From: Limnothrix sp. BL-A-16
Lineage (GTDB): Bacteria > Cyanobacteriota > Cyanobacteriia > CACIAM-69d
NCBI GenBank assembly: GCA_041937175.2
Contig: CP166615.1
Coordinates: 4,320,001-4,384,000, forward strand
Reading direction: 5' to 3'
Length of the DNA stretch: 64,000 nucleotides
The notes beneath the pieces are model-generated. The model was not told the DNA's origin. It did not search any database and saw only the letters and a program-made list of their open reading frames with translations. Below, piece by piece: positions 24,404-35,079 of this stretch (position 1 is the stretch's first letter; each line of letters starts with the position of its first letter). Made by a program: the position numbers and the translations under genes.

Positions 24404-25129
24404 ATGATTCGTTTGCTAGTTGGCATTCTTGTTTGGGTGATCAATGTTTTGTATAAAGATCGCCCCTATCCCCGATTTTACGTGTTGGAAACCGTGGCCC
24501 GCGTTCCCTACTTTGCTTACATGTCCGTGTTGCACCTTTACGAAACCCTGGGTTGGTGGCGCAAGGCGGACTGGCTGAAGGTGCATTTTGCGGAATCTTG
24601 GAATGAATTGCACCACCTGCTGATTATGGAAGCCTTGGGGGGAAATCGGGTTTGGAGCGATCGCCTGATCGCCAAGTCTGCGGCCCTGGTTTACTACTGG
24701 ATCATTGTGGGGGTGTATTTGGTGTCTCCCCAATCTGCCTACCATTTCATGGAACTGGTGGAAAAACACGCCTACGCGTCCTACAACAAGTTTTTGCATC
24801 AAGCGGAAGCCATGCTGAAGGCGGAACCTGCGCCGGAAATTGCCCAGCGCTACTACCGCGATGGAGATTTGTATCTGTTTGATGAGTTCCAAACGGCCCA
24901 AGTGCCCGAAAGTCGCCGCCCAATCATTGACAACCTCTACGATGTGTTTGTGGCCATCCGCGATGACGAAATGGAGCATGTGAAAACGATGCTGGCCTGT
25001 CAGCAGCCCCAAGATCAGGCCTGCTTGAGTCCCCATGAGGCGGGGAGTTTGACTGGCAAGGCCGCTGATTCGGTTGATTCGATCGCGCCGTCTTTGGAGA
25101 TGACTCCCGATCGCCCGCAAATGGGTTAG
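24404..25129 (+). CDS. Plastoquinol terminal oxidase (PTOX, alternative oxidase family)
   Basis: LETVARVPYF, NELHHLLIME, ELVEKHAY and IRDDEMEH di-iron motifs. Confidence 0.95.
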   Translation: MIRLLVGILVWVINVLYKDRPYPRFYVLETVARVPYFAYMSVLHLYETLGWWRKADWLKVHFAESWNELHHLLIMEALGGNRVWSDRLIAKSAALVYYWIIVGVYLVSPQSAYHFMELVEKHAYASYNKFLHQAEAMLKAEPAPEIAQRYYRDGDLYLFDEFQTAQVPESRRPIIDNLYDVFVAIRDDEMEHVKTMLACQQPQDQACLSPHEAGSLTGKAADSVDSIAPSLEMTPDRPQMG

Positions 25130-25320
25130 TCATGGGTCAATCAGCGGTTATCGAATCGCGAATCATTGTGGGCTTGTGGGCCCGAACTATGACTGATCGC
25201 CACCGGTCGCCATTGGCTACTCATTAAATTCCCATCAACTTTCCCAGGCGGATCGGGTTTGCCCGGTTCGCCTGTATTCTGGACAATTCCCCTGTTCTCT
25301 ACCTTTGCTCCCGTTGTTGG

Positions 25321-26868
25321 GTGTTTGTCATGGCTATGCAAGGTGCAACGCTTCCTAAAAATCGCGCCCTGGTGGCTCGCCACGCGGCTTTCACGGCCTT
25401 GGGGATGATTGAAGCGGGGGCCTATGCAGATGCGGCGCTCGATCGGGTCATGCGTCAGTATGGGGATTTGGACGGGCGCGATCGCCGGTTGGTGACAGAG
25501 TTGGTCTATGGTTGCACCCGACAGTTGCGGGCCCTGGACGGCTGGATCGATCGCCTGGCCACCCGTTCCGCCCAGGAACAGCCACCAACCCTCCGTAATT
25601 TGTTGCGGTTGGGGTTATATCAGCTTATTTATCTCGATCGAATTCCGGATTCGGCCGCCGTGGACACCACCGTGGAATTGGCAAAATTCTGCGGTTTAAA
25701 GGGGTTGAGTGGGTTTGTCAATGGCTTGCTGCGGGGATATTTGCGCCAAAAAGCTAAAAACCCGAACCCGCTGACCTCGGTGGCGGGTCTTGAGCCGGTG
25801 GAGCGGTTGGCCCAAACCTACAGTTATCCAAACTGGATTGTGCAAACCTGGCTCGATCGCCTGGGGGAAGCGGAAACGGAACAGTTATGCCAATGGTTTG
25901 ACCAGCCCCCAACGATCGACTTGCGGGTTAACACCTTGGTGACCGATCGAGAAACGGTGATGGCGGCCTTAACGGCGGCCGGTGTGGCCGTCACCCCGAT
26001 CGACCACCTGCCCAATGCTCTGCGGTTAACGGCCCAACGGGGTCATGGGGATGACTCTCTTGCAGAGACCAGCGGCACCGAGCCAGATTCCCGATCGGCC
26101 AATGCGCCGGACAATGGCCGGGCCTGGATCGCCACCCTTCCGGGTTATGGAGCCGGTTGGTGGACGGTGCAGGATGCCAGCGCCCAGTTAGTGGCTCTGT
26201 TGTTGGATCCGCAACCGGGCGAAACGGTCATTGATGCCTGTGCTGCGCCGGGCGGAAAAACAGCCCATATTGCGGCTCTGATGCAAGATCAGGGTCAAAT
26301 TTGGGCGATCGATCGCGCTGGATCTCGCCTGCGGAAGGTGCAGGACACGGTACGGCGGTTAGGATTGCGATCGATTCGGACGGTGGAAGCGGACAGCACC
26401 GGAGGCAAAGCGCCCCTGGTCACCGCTGCCCGCAAGCGCGATCGATCTCGATCGAAATCGGAACAGATCAGCGGTTTAGAGGAAGTGCCCACCCAGTGCG
26501 ATCGCCTCTTGCTTGATGTGCCCTGTTCTGGCTTGGGGACGTTGCATCGTCGGGCCGATGCCCGTTGGCGACAGACTCCGGAAACCGTGGCCCAGTTGGT
26601 GCAAATTCAGCGAGATTTGCTCGATCGGGCCGAGGCTTGGGTGCGGCCCGGCGGCGTAGCCGTTTATGCCACCTGCACCGTGCATGAGCCGGAAAACGGA
26701 GCCATTGTCCGCGACTTTTTGCAGCGCCATCCCCACTGGGCGATCGAACCGCCCACCCCTGACTCCCCCTTGGCTCCCTTTGTGACCGCCGCCGGTTGGC
26801 TGGAACTGTGGCCCCACCATTGGCAAATGGACGGCTTTTTCATGGCCAAACTCCGGCGACAGCCATGA
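25321..26868 (+). CDS. rsmB: 16S rRNA m5C967 methyltransferase (NusB-like plus RsmB domains)
   Basis: VTELVYG, VQDASAQ, DACAAPGGKT, DVPCSGLG, YATCT..EN, DGFFMA; start may be 25329 or 25336. Confidence 0.95.
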   Translation: MFVMAMQGATLPKNRALVARHAAFTALGMIEAGAYADAALDRVMRQYGDLDGRDRRLVTELVYGCTRQLRALDGWIDRLATRSAQEQPPTLRNLLRLGLYQLIYLDRIPDSAAVDTTVELAKFCGLKGLSGFVNGLLRGYLRQKAKNPNPLTSVAGLEPVERLAQTYSYPNWIVQTWLDRLGEAETEQLCQWFDQPPTIDLRVNTLVTDRETVMAALTAAGVAVTPIDHLPNALRLTAQRGHGDDSLAETSGTEPDSRSANAPDNGRAWIATLPGYGAGWWTVQDASAQLVALLLDPQPGETVIDACAAPGGKTAHIAALMQDQGQIWAIDRAGSRLRKVQDTVRRLGLRSIRTVEADSTGGKAPLVTAARKRDRSRSKSEQISGLEEVPTQCDRLLLDVPCSGLGTLHRRADARWRQTPETVAQLVQIQRDLLDRAEAWVRPGGVAVYATCTVHEPENGAIVRDFLQRHPHWAIEPPTPDSPLAPFVTAAGWLELWPHHWQMDGFFMAKLRRQP

Positions 26869-27222
26869 GATCCGTGAGATTTGCGAGCGGCGGCCATTAT
26901 GTTTCAATGGATAGACGAACAAAATGATGGTCGCCGAAATTACTCATTATTAATTTTTGATTATTAATGGCAATTGTTGCGTTTTAGACGGGAATTTTAA
27001 GAATTGACTACTGATGAATTGACTGCAATTCCAGAACCAGTCAGGCTTTGAGCCAAAATTAGGGTGTCAGAGAGATCAGGGCAGGATCGAGCCAAGTGTA
27101 ACGCTGTGAATCGATTTGTTGCATGACCTCGCGCAACAGCTATCGTCTTGTATCATTCCCTGCGGTTGGCGACTGTGCCGGTTATCTTATCAACATAAAG
27201 AAAACCTTAAGGAGGGTCTCTC

Positions 27223-27444
27223 ATGAAACCTCTACTGATGCGGCAACTGTGGTCGGTGGTTGAATCGATCCAAACCAGCACCCTTTTGTCCTTGGATGAT
27301 GACGGTCTGGTGAACTTTTTGGCCGATCGCCTCATGACCGGTTGCCCCGGAATCGATCGCAGCGATCGGGCCGAGCTGGATGGTTACCTGCAAGCCAAAG
27401 TCTCCCTAATTCGCGATCTAGCCAACGGGCGCTCAGTGGCTTAG
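27223..27444 (+). CDS. Small conserved-looking cyanobacterial hypothetical protein
   Basis: 73-aa ORF with a strong SD (AAGGAGG); MRQLWSVVE..LLSLDD..L..LIRDLA. Confidence 0.75.
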   Translation: MKPLLMRQLWSVVESIQTSTLLSLDDDGLVNFLADRLMTGCPGIDRSDRAELDGYLQAKVSLIRDLANGRSVA

Positions 27445-27931
27445 GTGGCTTGCTCGATCGTGGTTCCTGAATCCATCACCCAGCATCTGCTCAAACTAAG
27501 CACATGCTCAGCAATCGAACAGCCGAACAATCGGCACAGCGATCGCTCCATGAACCAATCGCTCAATCATTGCTCAATCAATCTCTAACCTGCCAAGGTA
27601 GTGTTCAGGGCAGCGTTCAGAGTGGTCTGTGAATCTGGCTAAAACTGAATCTAGCTAAAACTGGCTCAAGCCTAGTCTGGTTCAGCATTAACTTGACTTA
27701 GCGGAATGGGGTATGACGCAATTACGAATTTCCAACAGCCGCCCATCAGCAATCATGCTCCAATGATGGACGGCTCAAGTACGGGACTGGCAGTAACAGT
27801 ACCGATCTTGAGTATAAAAATCTAAAGTCAGAATTTCCTAGAAAGCGCGACTGAGCAGCGCCATTCAACCTAGTGCTAGTGAATTAACTAAAGCACTGGT
27901 CTGAATAGCTGTTTTAAAGGTCTAAGAAAAA

Positions 27932-28003
27932 TGGGCGGTATAGGATTTGAACCTATGACAGCCTGCTTGTAAGGCAGGAGCTCTACCGCTGAGCTAACCG
28001 CCC
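27932..28003 (-). tRNA. tRNA-Val (TAC)
   Basis: Reverse complement GGGCGGTTAGCTCAGCGGTAGAGCTCCTGCCTTACAAGCAGG..GGTTCAAATCC..CCGCCCA; no encoded CCA. Confidence 0.97.
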
Positions 28004-28138
28004 CTAAGGGGTTTGGGTCATTGTCAAGAACTTTGACCGCTGACCGGATAACAATATACCAGAGATTTGGAATTTTGCTACGGTTTAGATCGCTGAGATT
28101 ACAAAATTGTCCTTTCTGATTGATTCTGCCTGGCTCCA

Positions 28139-28639
28139 ATGGATGGTCTGCCATTGCCCGCTTTGCCCGCTGCGCCGTTGCTTGCCCCGATCGCGATCGA
28201 GATTGAATCGGAACCTGGGCCGACGGTGAATAATTCTGGGAACTCACCGACCCCGCCCCTGACTGCAAGGCCGGTGCTCTGTTTGGAGCACGATCGGTGG
28301 CAATTGTTGGCGGAGGCGATCGACCAAAATTTGGAACGTCAAACCACCTGGGTGCGACCGATCGTGCTGGCGGAATACGCCGATCAACTAGCCCGGGAAG
28401 CTAGCGATCGTCCCCAAACGATCTATTCAGAAGAATATGCTGTGGATTTGGTGTTGCCGAGTGCCCTGTTCCGGGCGGCATTCGATCTGGAACTGCTGAA
28501 CTTGCTGGCCCTGAAGCCCCATTGCTTGCCCAGCATTGAACCGGCGGCGGGCCGCATGGTTTTCCAAAAATTTGTGCGACTACTGTTCGCCCGCAAGCTC
28601 CCACCGATGCGGATCAGTGGGCCCCCGGAAGTCCGTTGA
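28139..28639 (+). CDS. Hypothetical protein
   Basis: 166-aa ORF with VLCLEH..LLAEAI..WVRPIVL..DLVLPSALFRAAFDLE, a cyanobacterial hypothetical-like pattern. Confidence 0.65.
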   Translation: MDGLPLPALPAAPLLAPIAIEIESEPGPTVNNSGNSPTPPLTARPVLCLEHDRWQLLAEAIDQNLERQTTWVRPIVLAEYADQLAREASDRPQTIYSEEYAVDLVLPSALFRAAFDLELLNLLALKPHCLPSIEPAAGRMVFQKFVRLLFARKLPPMRISGPPEVR

Positions 28640-28878
28640 TTAACCCTCACTGAGGTGTTGGACAAGGGGCGATCGGGCCCAAGGGTCAAGAATCGTATCG
28701 CGGTGGCTTTGATCAAGTTTGATCAAGCAAGATCGACGATCAAGGGCCTTTGAGATCCAAGAACTTGATCAACTCAATCCAGCGGATCGGTTCGACCAGA
28801 GATCCGATCAAAAAGTTTTGATCGGGTAGTTGCCATGAAGCTTAAGAGGAGCTTAAGATTTAGGCATCAAGCTTTTGA

Positions 28879-29073
28879 CTAAACGCTTGGAACCAGTTGG
28901 ATGCGACCTTCATCCATCTCGCTCATGAGAAGTTCCAGCGCTTCATAGTCCGCATCTGAAACATAACCCTGGCGGGTTAACTCATAATTGATCTCGTTCT
29001 CGATATCGGGAGTCAGTTGGCGGAGATAGAGGGCCTTTTCCACCAACCGCCGGATTGCATGGGTTGCTTTCAC
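28879..29073 (-). CDS. Small hypothetical protein
   Basis: 64 aa, GTG start with a GGAG SD; IRRLVEKAL..LT...E..I..DYEALELL..G.I pattern. Confidence 0.7.
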   Translation of the reverse strand: MKATHAIRRLVEKALYLRQLTPDIENEINYELTRQGYVSDADYEALELLMSEMDEGRIQLVPSV

Positions 29074-29335
29074 GGTCAGCTCCTGTTAATTACGAACAGT
29101 TGGCTATTGGTTATTGTCGGTTGTTGGTGCGGGAGCTGATGCGATCGCGCCGCTTTTGTCTGCGTGATCTTTATCACCATCGCACGGATGCCCACTGACG
29201 ATTGGAATTAGCCTATTCAACAAGCGACTTCCTTGGAATTGATCGCTGTGCCACTGTTTTGTCCGGATTGAGTTTGGCTGAATTTTGCCGAATTTGGAAA
29301 TTTGCTCGGTACGATCGAACTGAGTCCACTGGAGA

Positions 29336-31999
29336 ATGCCTGTGACCGTTGCTGTAGACCAACTGATCACGACTGAGATTAATCGCCCTGCCCGCTATCT
29401 GGGGAACGAACTGGGATCTGTCCACAAACCCTGGGAGTCGGCGACGGTGCGTTGGGTGCTGACCTACCCGGAAATTTATGAGGTGGGCGCGTCGAATCTG
29501 GGCCATGTGATCCTCTACAACATCATCAACGCCCAGCCCCGCCAACTGTGCGATCGGGCCTATTTGCCCGCCCAGGACTTGGCCGACAAGCTGCGAGCCA
29601 GCCAAACGCCGCTGTTTGCCGTCGAAAGTCGCCGGCCCCTGAGTGATTACGACATTTTGGGCTTCAGCCTCAGCTACGAGCTGGGCGCGACCAACATTCT
29701 GGAAATGCTGGATTTGGCCGGGTTGCCCCTGACCTGGGCCGATCGGGTCGATCGCGCGATCGCCGACTGTCCCTTGATCTTCGCGGGCGGGCAAACGGCC
29801 ACCTCTAACCCGGAACCCTACGCGGACTTTTTTGATTTTGTGGCCCTGGGCGACGGTGAAGAACTGCTGCCGGAAATTGGCCTAGTAATTCAAGAGGGTA
29901 AAGACGCGGGCCTGAGTCGTCAGGAAATCTTGCTGGACTTGGCCCAAGTACCGGGGGTCTATGTGCCCCAGTTTTACGACATGGCGGCCGATGGGTCGGT
30001 GCATCCAGCCCGGTCCGATGTGCCGGCCCGGGTGTTGCGACGGGTCGCCACCCCCATGCCCCACTACTCGATCGGGCTGGTTCCCTACGTGGAAACGGTG
30101 CACGATCGGCTCACGGTGGAAATTCGCCGGGGCTGCACGCGGGGCTGTCGGTTCTGCCAACCGGGAATGCTGACCCGCCCGGCCCGCGATGTGGATCCCG
30201 AAGAAGTGATCGACGCGGTGGCCGACGGGATGCGAGCCACGGGCTTCAATGAGTTCTCGTTGTTGTCCCTCAGTTGCTCCGACTATTTGGCTTTGCCGGC
30301 CGTGGGATTGGAGATTAAAAACCGGCTCCAGGGCGAAAATATTACCCTGTCGTTGCCCAGCCAACGGGTCGATCGCTTTGATGAGAACATCGCCAACATC
30401 CTCGGCGGCACACGCCAAAGCAGCTTGACCTTTGCCCCGGAAGCGGGAACCCAGCGACTCCGGGACATCATTAATAAGGGCTTGACCAATGAAGAACTGC
30501 TACGCGGCGTAAAAACTGCCTGGGAACAGGGTTGGGACAAAATCAAGCTCTATTTCATGATTGGGTTGCCGGGGGAAACTGATGCGGATGTGTTGGGGAT
30601 TGCGGAAACCGTGCGCTGGCTCCAACGGGAATGCGGCGCGCGCGGTCGCAAGCGGATTCAGTTCACCCTGACGATCTCCAACTTCACGCCTAAGCCCCAC
30701 ACGCCGTTCCAGTGGCACACGGTTTCCACGGCGGAGTTTTTGCGCAAACAAAGCCTACTACGGCAGGAATTTCGGACAATTCGCGGCCTGAAGGCAAATT
30801 TCACCGATGTGCGCATTTCGGCCATGGAGGATTTTGTGGGCCGGGGCGATCGCCGGTTGGGGCCGGTGGTGCGCCGGGCTTGGGAGTTGGGTGCGGGGAT
30901 GGATTCCTGGTGGGAAAGCCTTGATCGCGCCTTTGGGGCCTGGCAACAGGCGATCGAGGAAGCGGGCCTGCATTGGAAATATCGCCAAGTGGAAGCGGGC
31001 GAGTGGAACGCCTTTGGGGCAGGGGAATCGGCATCGGAGGCGATCGACCCGGCCACCCTGCTCGATCGACCCTTGCCTTGGGATCACCTGGACAGCGGCG
31101 TGGATAAAAAATGGCTGAAAGAGGACTTGCAACGGGCCTTGGAAGCGGCCACGGTTCCCGACTGCTCCTTTGAGGGCTGTTCCCATTGCGGCGTTTGTGG
31201 CTATGACTTTGGCAATAACGTGGTCGTGCCGCCGCCCGTGATTCCCCAGTTTCAGGGGCACTTCAAACCCAACCAAACCCGGGCCCAACGGGTGCGGCTG
31301 CGGTTTGCCAAGCGGGGAGAAATGGCCCTGCTGAGTCATTTGGATTTGATGCGCCTGCTCGATCGGGCGGTACGTCGGGCGGCGATTCCGGTGTCCTTTA
31401 CGGGGGGGTTCCATCCCTCGCCCCGGATTGTGCCGGCCCATGCGCTCTCCTTGGGGGTGACCAGTGAGGGAGAAATTCTCGATCTGGAGCTAACCGAAGT
31501 GCGATCGTTAGCCCAGATCCAAGGGGAACTGGCGGCCCAGCTCCCGGCGGATTTGCCCCTGCTGGCGATCGAGGAAGTGCCCCTGAAAGATCCAGCGGCC
31601 AACCAACTGCTCGATCGCGCGGAATACGAAATCACCGTCACTGCCACCGATGGCGGGGCGATCGACTGGGCCGCAGCCTTGACCACCGTGCTCGATCGGG
31701 CCGAATGGCTCTGGGAAAAAACCACCAAATCTGGCAAAACCACCCAGGTGAACCTGCGCGATTGGCTCGATCAGGTGCAACTAATCGACCCCACCGAGCA
31801 ACCCAAGGGCGAGTCCGTCACCCTACAATTTCGAGGTCTCTGCCGCAACGATGGGCAACAATTGCGGCCCGAGCATCTGGTCTGGCTACTGGAGCAGGCC
31901 ACGGGCCAGGCCATTAGCCTAGTGCGATCGCACCGGTTGCAACTGCTGCTGGCGGCAACGGTGCGATCGGCCGAAGCCCCCGATTTGGCACTGGTTTAG
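29336..31999 (+). CDS. TIGR03960-type radical SAM protein fused to a TIGR03936-type C-terminal domain
   Basis: PARYLGNE, RGCTRGCRFCQ (CX3CX2C), APEAGTQRLR, YFMIGLPGE, LSHLDLMR..FTGGFHPSPR. Confidence 0.92.
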   Translation: MPVTVAVDQLITTEINRPARYLGNELGSVHKPWESATVRWVLTYPEIYEVGASNLGHVILYNIINAQPRQLCDRAYLPAQDLADKLRASQTPLFAVESRRPLSDYDILGFSLSYELGATNILEMLDLAGLPLTWADRVDRAIADCPLIFAGGQTATSNPEPYADFFDFVALGDGEELLPEIGLVIQEGKDAGLSRQEILLDLAQVPGVYVPQFYDMAADGSVHPARSDVPARVLRRVATPMPHYSIGLVPYVETVHDRLTVEIRRGCTRGCRFCQPGMLTRPARDVDPEEVIDAVADGMRATGFNEFSLLSLSCSDYLALPAVGLEIKNRLQGENITLSLPSQRVDRFDENIANILGGTRQSSLTFAPEAGTQRLRDIINKGLTNEELLRGVKTAWEQGWDKIKLYFMIGLPGETDADVLGIAETVRWLQRECGARGRKRIQFTLTISNFTPKPHTPFQWHTVSTAEFLRKQSLLRQEFRTIRGLKANFTDVRISAMEDFVGRGDRRLGPVVRRAWELGAGMDSWWESLDRAFGAWQQAIEEAGLHWKYRQVEAGEWNAFGAGESASEAIDPATLLDRPLPWDHLDSGVDKKWLKEDLQRALEAATVPDCSFEGCSHCGVCGYDFGNNVVVPPPVIPQFQGHFKPNQTRAQRVRLRFAKRGEMALLSHLDLMRLLDRAVRRAAIPVSFTGGFHPSPRIVPAHALSLGVTSEGEILDLELTEVRSLAQIQGELAAQLPADLPLLAIEEVPLKDPAANQLLDRAEYEITVTATDGGAIDWAAALTTVLDRAEWLWEKTTKSGKTTQVNLRDWLDQVQLIDPTEQPKGESVTLQFRGLCRNDGQQLRPEHLVWLLEQATGQAISLVRSHRLQLLLAATVRSAEAPDLALV

Positions 32000-32993
32000 G
32001 GCGGGGGCCCATCCATCGGGAGCCTTGTCCCCGGATGGCCGATGTACGCCAAAACCATCAACAAGTCTCGCAAATCATTGCAATTCGTAACAATTTGCGA
32101 GAAGAGTCGCATGATTCTAGTGAACCCCCCAGTTCTGTGCTAGCCACCTGCTACACTGAAGGGGACTGCTAGGCCATTGTCCCGGTGCGCGACACCACCA
32201 AAGACAAAGCCTCAGCAGCCGATCGCCTTCAAAATCAATCGAGCCAGGCATTTACCCAGAACGCGCTTAGTGCCCGTCCTCGATCGAGCGCCTGTGCAGC
32301 AGCGAAAATATCCCGAGCCACCGCCAATCCTCAGGAATTGCCTCGGCGATTGAATGCCGCCCACGAATCTAACCCTTTGCGGGCAACCACACCTCGGAGC
32401 CAAATTTGCTCTTGATGATGTCGGAAACTCGCAAGATGCAGGGTCAAGCTCGTAACATCTGCTCTGGCCAATCCCTGTTAACAAGTCGCCGGTTCCAGAC
32501 TGAGTGAGAGTTGCTCAAGCTGTGCTGGATAGGGGGTTTTTAACAGGCCAACACATCCAACGTGCTTTGATCGAATTGTGTCTGGATCAAGTTGTCGATC
32601 GTCATTCAGTCGCAACCCTTTTGGGTCAGGTCTCGATCAAAGCCCCATACCGGGGTCTCTTTGATTGATCGCGAGTTTGTTCGTTGGTTGGGTCATTCGC
32701 AGTTTGCCTCAGCCTTGACTCCTGCTTCTGGGCAATTCCCCGGTCGAGGTGAATGTCTCCGGTATTTTGAGCTGCTCGATTGAACCGAGAAATCAATCGA
32801 TGCTGTGCTGCTCCTTGATGGATGCAGCCGCACCCCCTGTTTGCTTTTCTCGATCGAACCTGCATGAAGCGGTTGGTCAGCGAGCCTTCGATTAATTACT
32901 GTCTTATCCCCGGCGACGGTCGCCCCCTGCATCCTCTCGGCGGTGCAGTAGACCGCATGTGGCGATCGCCCGTGAGTTCCCAGAGGAATCTGC

Positions 32994-35075
32994 ATGCCCA
33001 AACAAATCATCATCGCCGAACAGCACCGCATTGCTGCCGTTTTTAGCGAAGATCGCGTTCAAGAACTGATCGTGGCCACCGGCAGTCACCAGGTGGGCGA
33101 CATTTACCTCGGGGTGGTGGAGAACGTGCTGCCCGGCATTGACGCGGCCTTTGTCAATATTGGGGACTCCGAACGCAACGGGTTCATCCACGTTTCCGAC
33201 TTGGGCCCACTGCGGTTGCGTAAAACCGCCGGTTCGATTACTGAACTCCTCGCGCCGCAGCAAAAAGTCTTGGTGCAGGTGATGAAAGAACCGACGGGCA
33301 ATAAGGGCCCTCGGTTGACCGGCAAAGTTAGTTTGCCCGGTCGCTATTTAGTGCTGATGCCCTTTGGGTCGGGGGTGAACCTGTCCCGACGGATTGAGCG
33401 CGAGAACGAGCGCCACCGACTCCGGGCCTTGGCAATTTTGATCAAGCCTGCGGGCATGGGGCTGTTGGTGCGCACGGAGGCCGAGGGTGTGGCCGAAGAG
33501 GCGATCATGGAAGATCTTGAAGCCCTGCAACGCCGTTGGGAATCGATCCAACAGGAGGCGGCTTCAACCCGTGCGCCGGCCCTGTTGGAGCGGGACGATG
33601 ATTTTATTCAACGGGTGTTGCGAGAAGCTTATACCCAAGAAGTGAACCGGGTGGTGGTGGATTCCCACTCAGGGATGAAGCGGATTAAGCAGCAGGTGAC
33701 CCTCTGGGCGGGCAGCAAAACCCTGCCGGGCGTGTCGATCGATCATCACCGGGAGCGATCGTCAATTCTGGAATATTTCCGGGTGAACGCGGCGATTCGC
33801 GAAGCCCTGAAACCACGGGTCGATTTACCCTCGGGTGGCTACATCATCATTGAACCCACCGAAGCCCTGACGGTGATTGATGTGAACTCCGGGTCGTTTA
33901 CCCGATCGGCCACGGCCCGCGAAACGGTGCTTTGGACGAACTGCGAGGCGGCCACGGAAATTGCCCGTCAGTTACGCCTGCGAAATTTGGCGGGGGTGAT
34001 TGTGGTGGACTTCATTGATATGGAATCCCACCGCGATCGCCTGCAAGTGTTGGAGCATTTCAGCAAGGCCCTGAAGTCCGACAAGGCCCGGCCCCAAATT
34101 GCCCAGCTTTCCGAGTTGGGTTTGGTGGAACTGACCCGGAAGCGCCAGGGCCAAAACATCTACGAGTTGTTTGGTCGCGCTTGCCCCACCTGTGGTGGTT
34201 TGGGCATGTTGGCCCACCTGCCCGATGAGGCGGAGGATGCGGAACCGGTCAGCCTGTTGCCCAATGTGGAGAGTGGCGATCGCCGCAGTATTCCAATGCT
34301 GCAAAAGAGTCGATCGAGTGTTGGTAGCCGTCGTTCGGTTTCCCGATCGCGCGAACTCCCCCCGGCCGCTGCGATCGTCAGCCTCCCCAGCTTGGAAGAT
34401 CCCTTGCCTAACTTGCAAGATTTGGATCTGAGCAACCACCCCAACTATCAAGAGTCCCTGAATGGCAGCAACAGCCGTCGCCGTCGCCGCCGTCGTGGAG
34501 GGAATGATGAGCCGGTGAGTCGGCGTGGGGCGGCCAGTTTGCCCGTGGCGGCCGAACCGGAGGTGGATGAAGCACCTTTAGATCCGCCCACGGTGACCGC
34601 CGCTGCTGCCCAACCCAGCCCCGCCCCCGCCGCCCAAGGCCGCAATGGCCGACCGGAACGGAGCCGAGGGCGTAGTGCTCGGACTGCGGAACCTCGGGAA
34701 GCGGTGGCCGTGACCATGACTTCGGAGGAGCAAGAAGTTTATGCCTGGATGGGGGTGTCGCCGCTGCTGTTGAGCGATCGGCAGCCGGAAAACCCGGAAA
34801 GCGCGATCGTCTCGGTGCTGTTGCCAGGTCAAACGGCTCCGCCCGTTCCGGCTCCACAACCGGTGGCTGACTCGATCGAGCTGGCCGAAAAGGATAGCCC
34901 TGCCCCAGCCGCTGCGGAACCGGTTCCCACGGAATCGCTGCCTTTGAATATCTCCAATGGGCATGGGGCAGAGGATCCGCCCAGTGGCTTGCCGGAAATT
35001 GTGTCCGTCACGCCCGGCGGGGATGCCAACGGCCGACCGCGCCGCCGTCGCCGCCGATCGAGCACTCGCGCTTAA
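32994..35075 (+). CDS. rne: Ribonuclease E
   Basis: GDIYLGVVENVLPGIDAAFVNIG (S1), TEALTVIDVNSG, GVIVVDFIDM, CPTCGG, disordered C-terminus ending RRRRRRSS. Confidence 0.97.
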   Translation: MPKQIIIAEQHRIAAVFSEDRVQELIVATGSHQVGDIYLGVVENVLPGIDAAFVNIGDSERNGFIHVSDLGPLRLRKTAGSITELLAPQQKVLVQVMKEPTGNKGPRLTGKVSLPGRYLVLMPFGSGVNLSRRIERENERHRLRALAILIKPAGMGLLVRTEAEGVAEEAIMEDLEALQRRWESIQQEAASTRAPALLERDDDFIQRVLREAYTQEVNRVVVDSHSGMKRIKQQVTLWAGSKTLPGVSIDHHRERSSILEYFRVNAAIREALKPRVDLPSGGYIIIEPTEALTVIDVNSGSFTRSATARETVLWTNCEAATEIARQLRLRNLAGVIVVDFIDMESHRDRLQVLEHFSKALKSDKARPQIAQLSELGLVELTRKRQGQNIYELFGRACPTCGGLGMLAHLPDEAEDAEPVSLLPNVESGDRRSIPMLQKSRSSVGSRRSVSRSRELPPAAAIVSLPSLEDPLPNLQDLDLSNHPNYQESLNGSNSRRRRRRRGGNDEPVSRRGAASLPVAAEPEVDEAPLDPPTVTAAAAQPSPAPAAQGRNGRPERSRGRSARTAEPREAVAVTMTSEEQEVYAWMGVSPLLLSDRQPENPESAIVSVLLPGQTAPPVPAPQPVADSIELAEKDSPAPAAAEPVPTESLPLNISNGHGAEDPPSGLPEIVSVTPGGDANGRPRRRRRRSSTRA

Positions 35076-35079
35076 CCCC

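Noticed and set aside
27445..27931. Genomic island integrated at the tRNA-Val 3' end
   Set aside because: No integrase and no duplicated tRNA 3' end found; only short local tandem repeats
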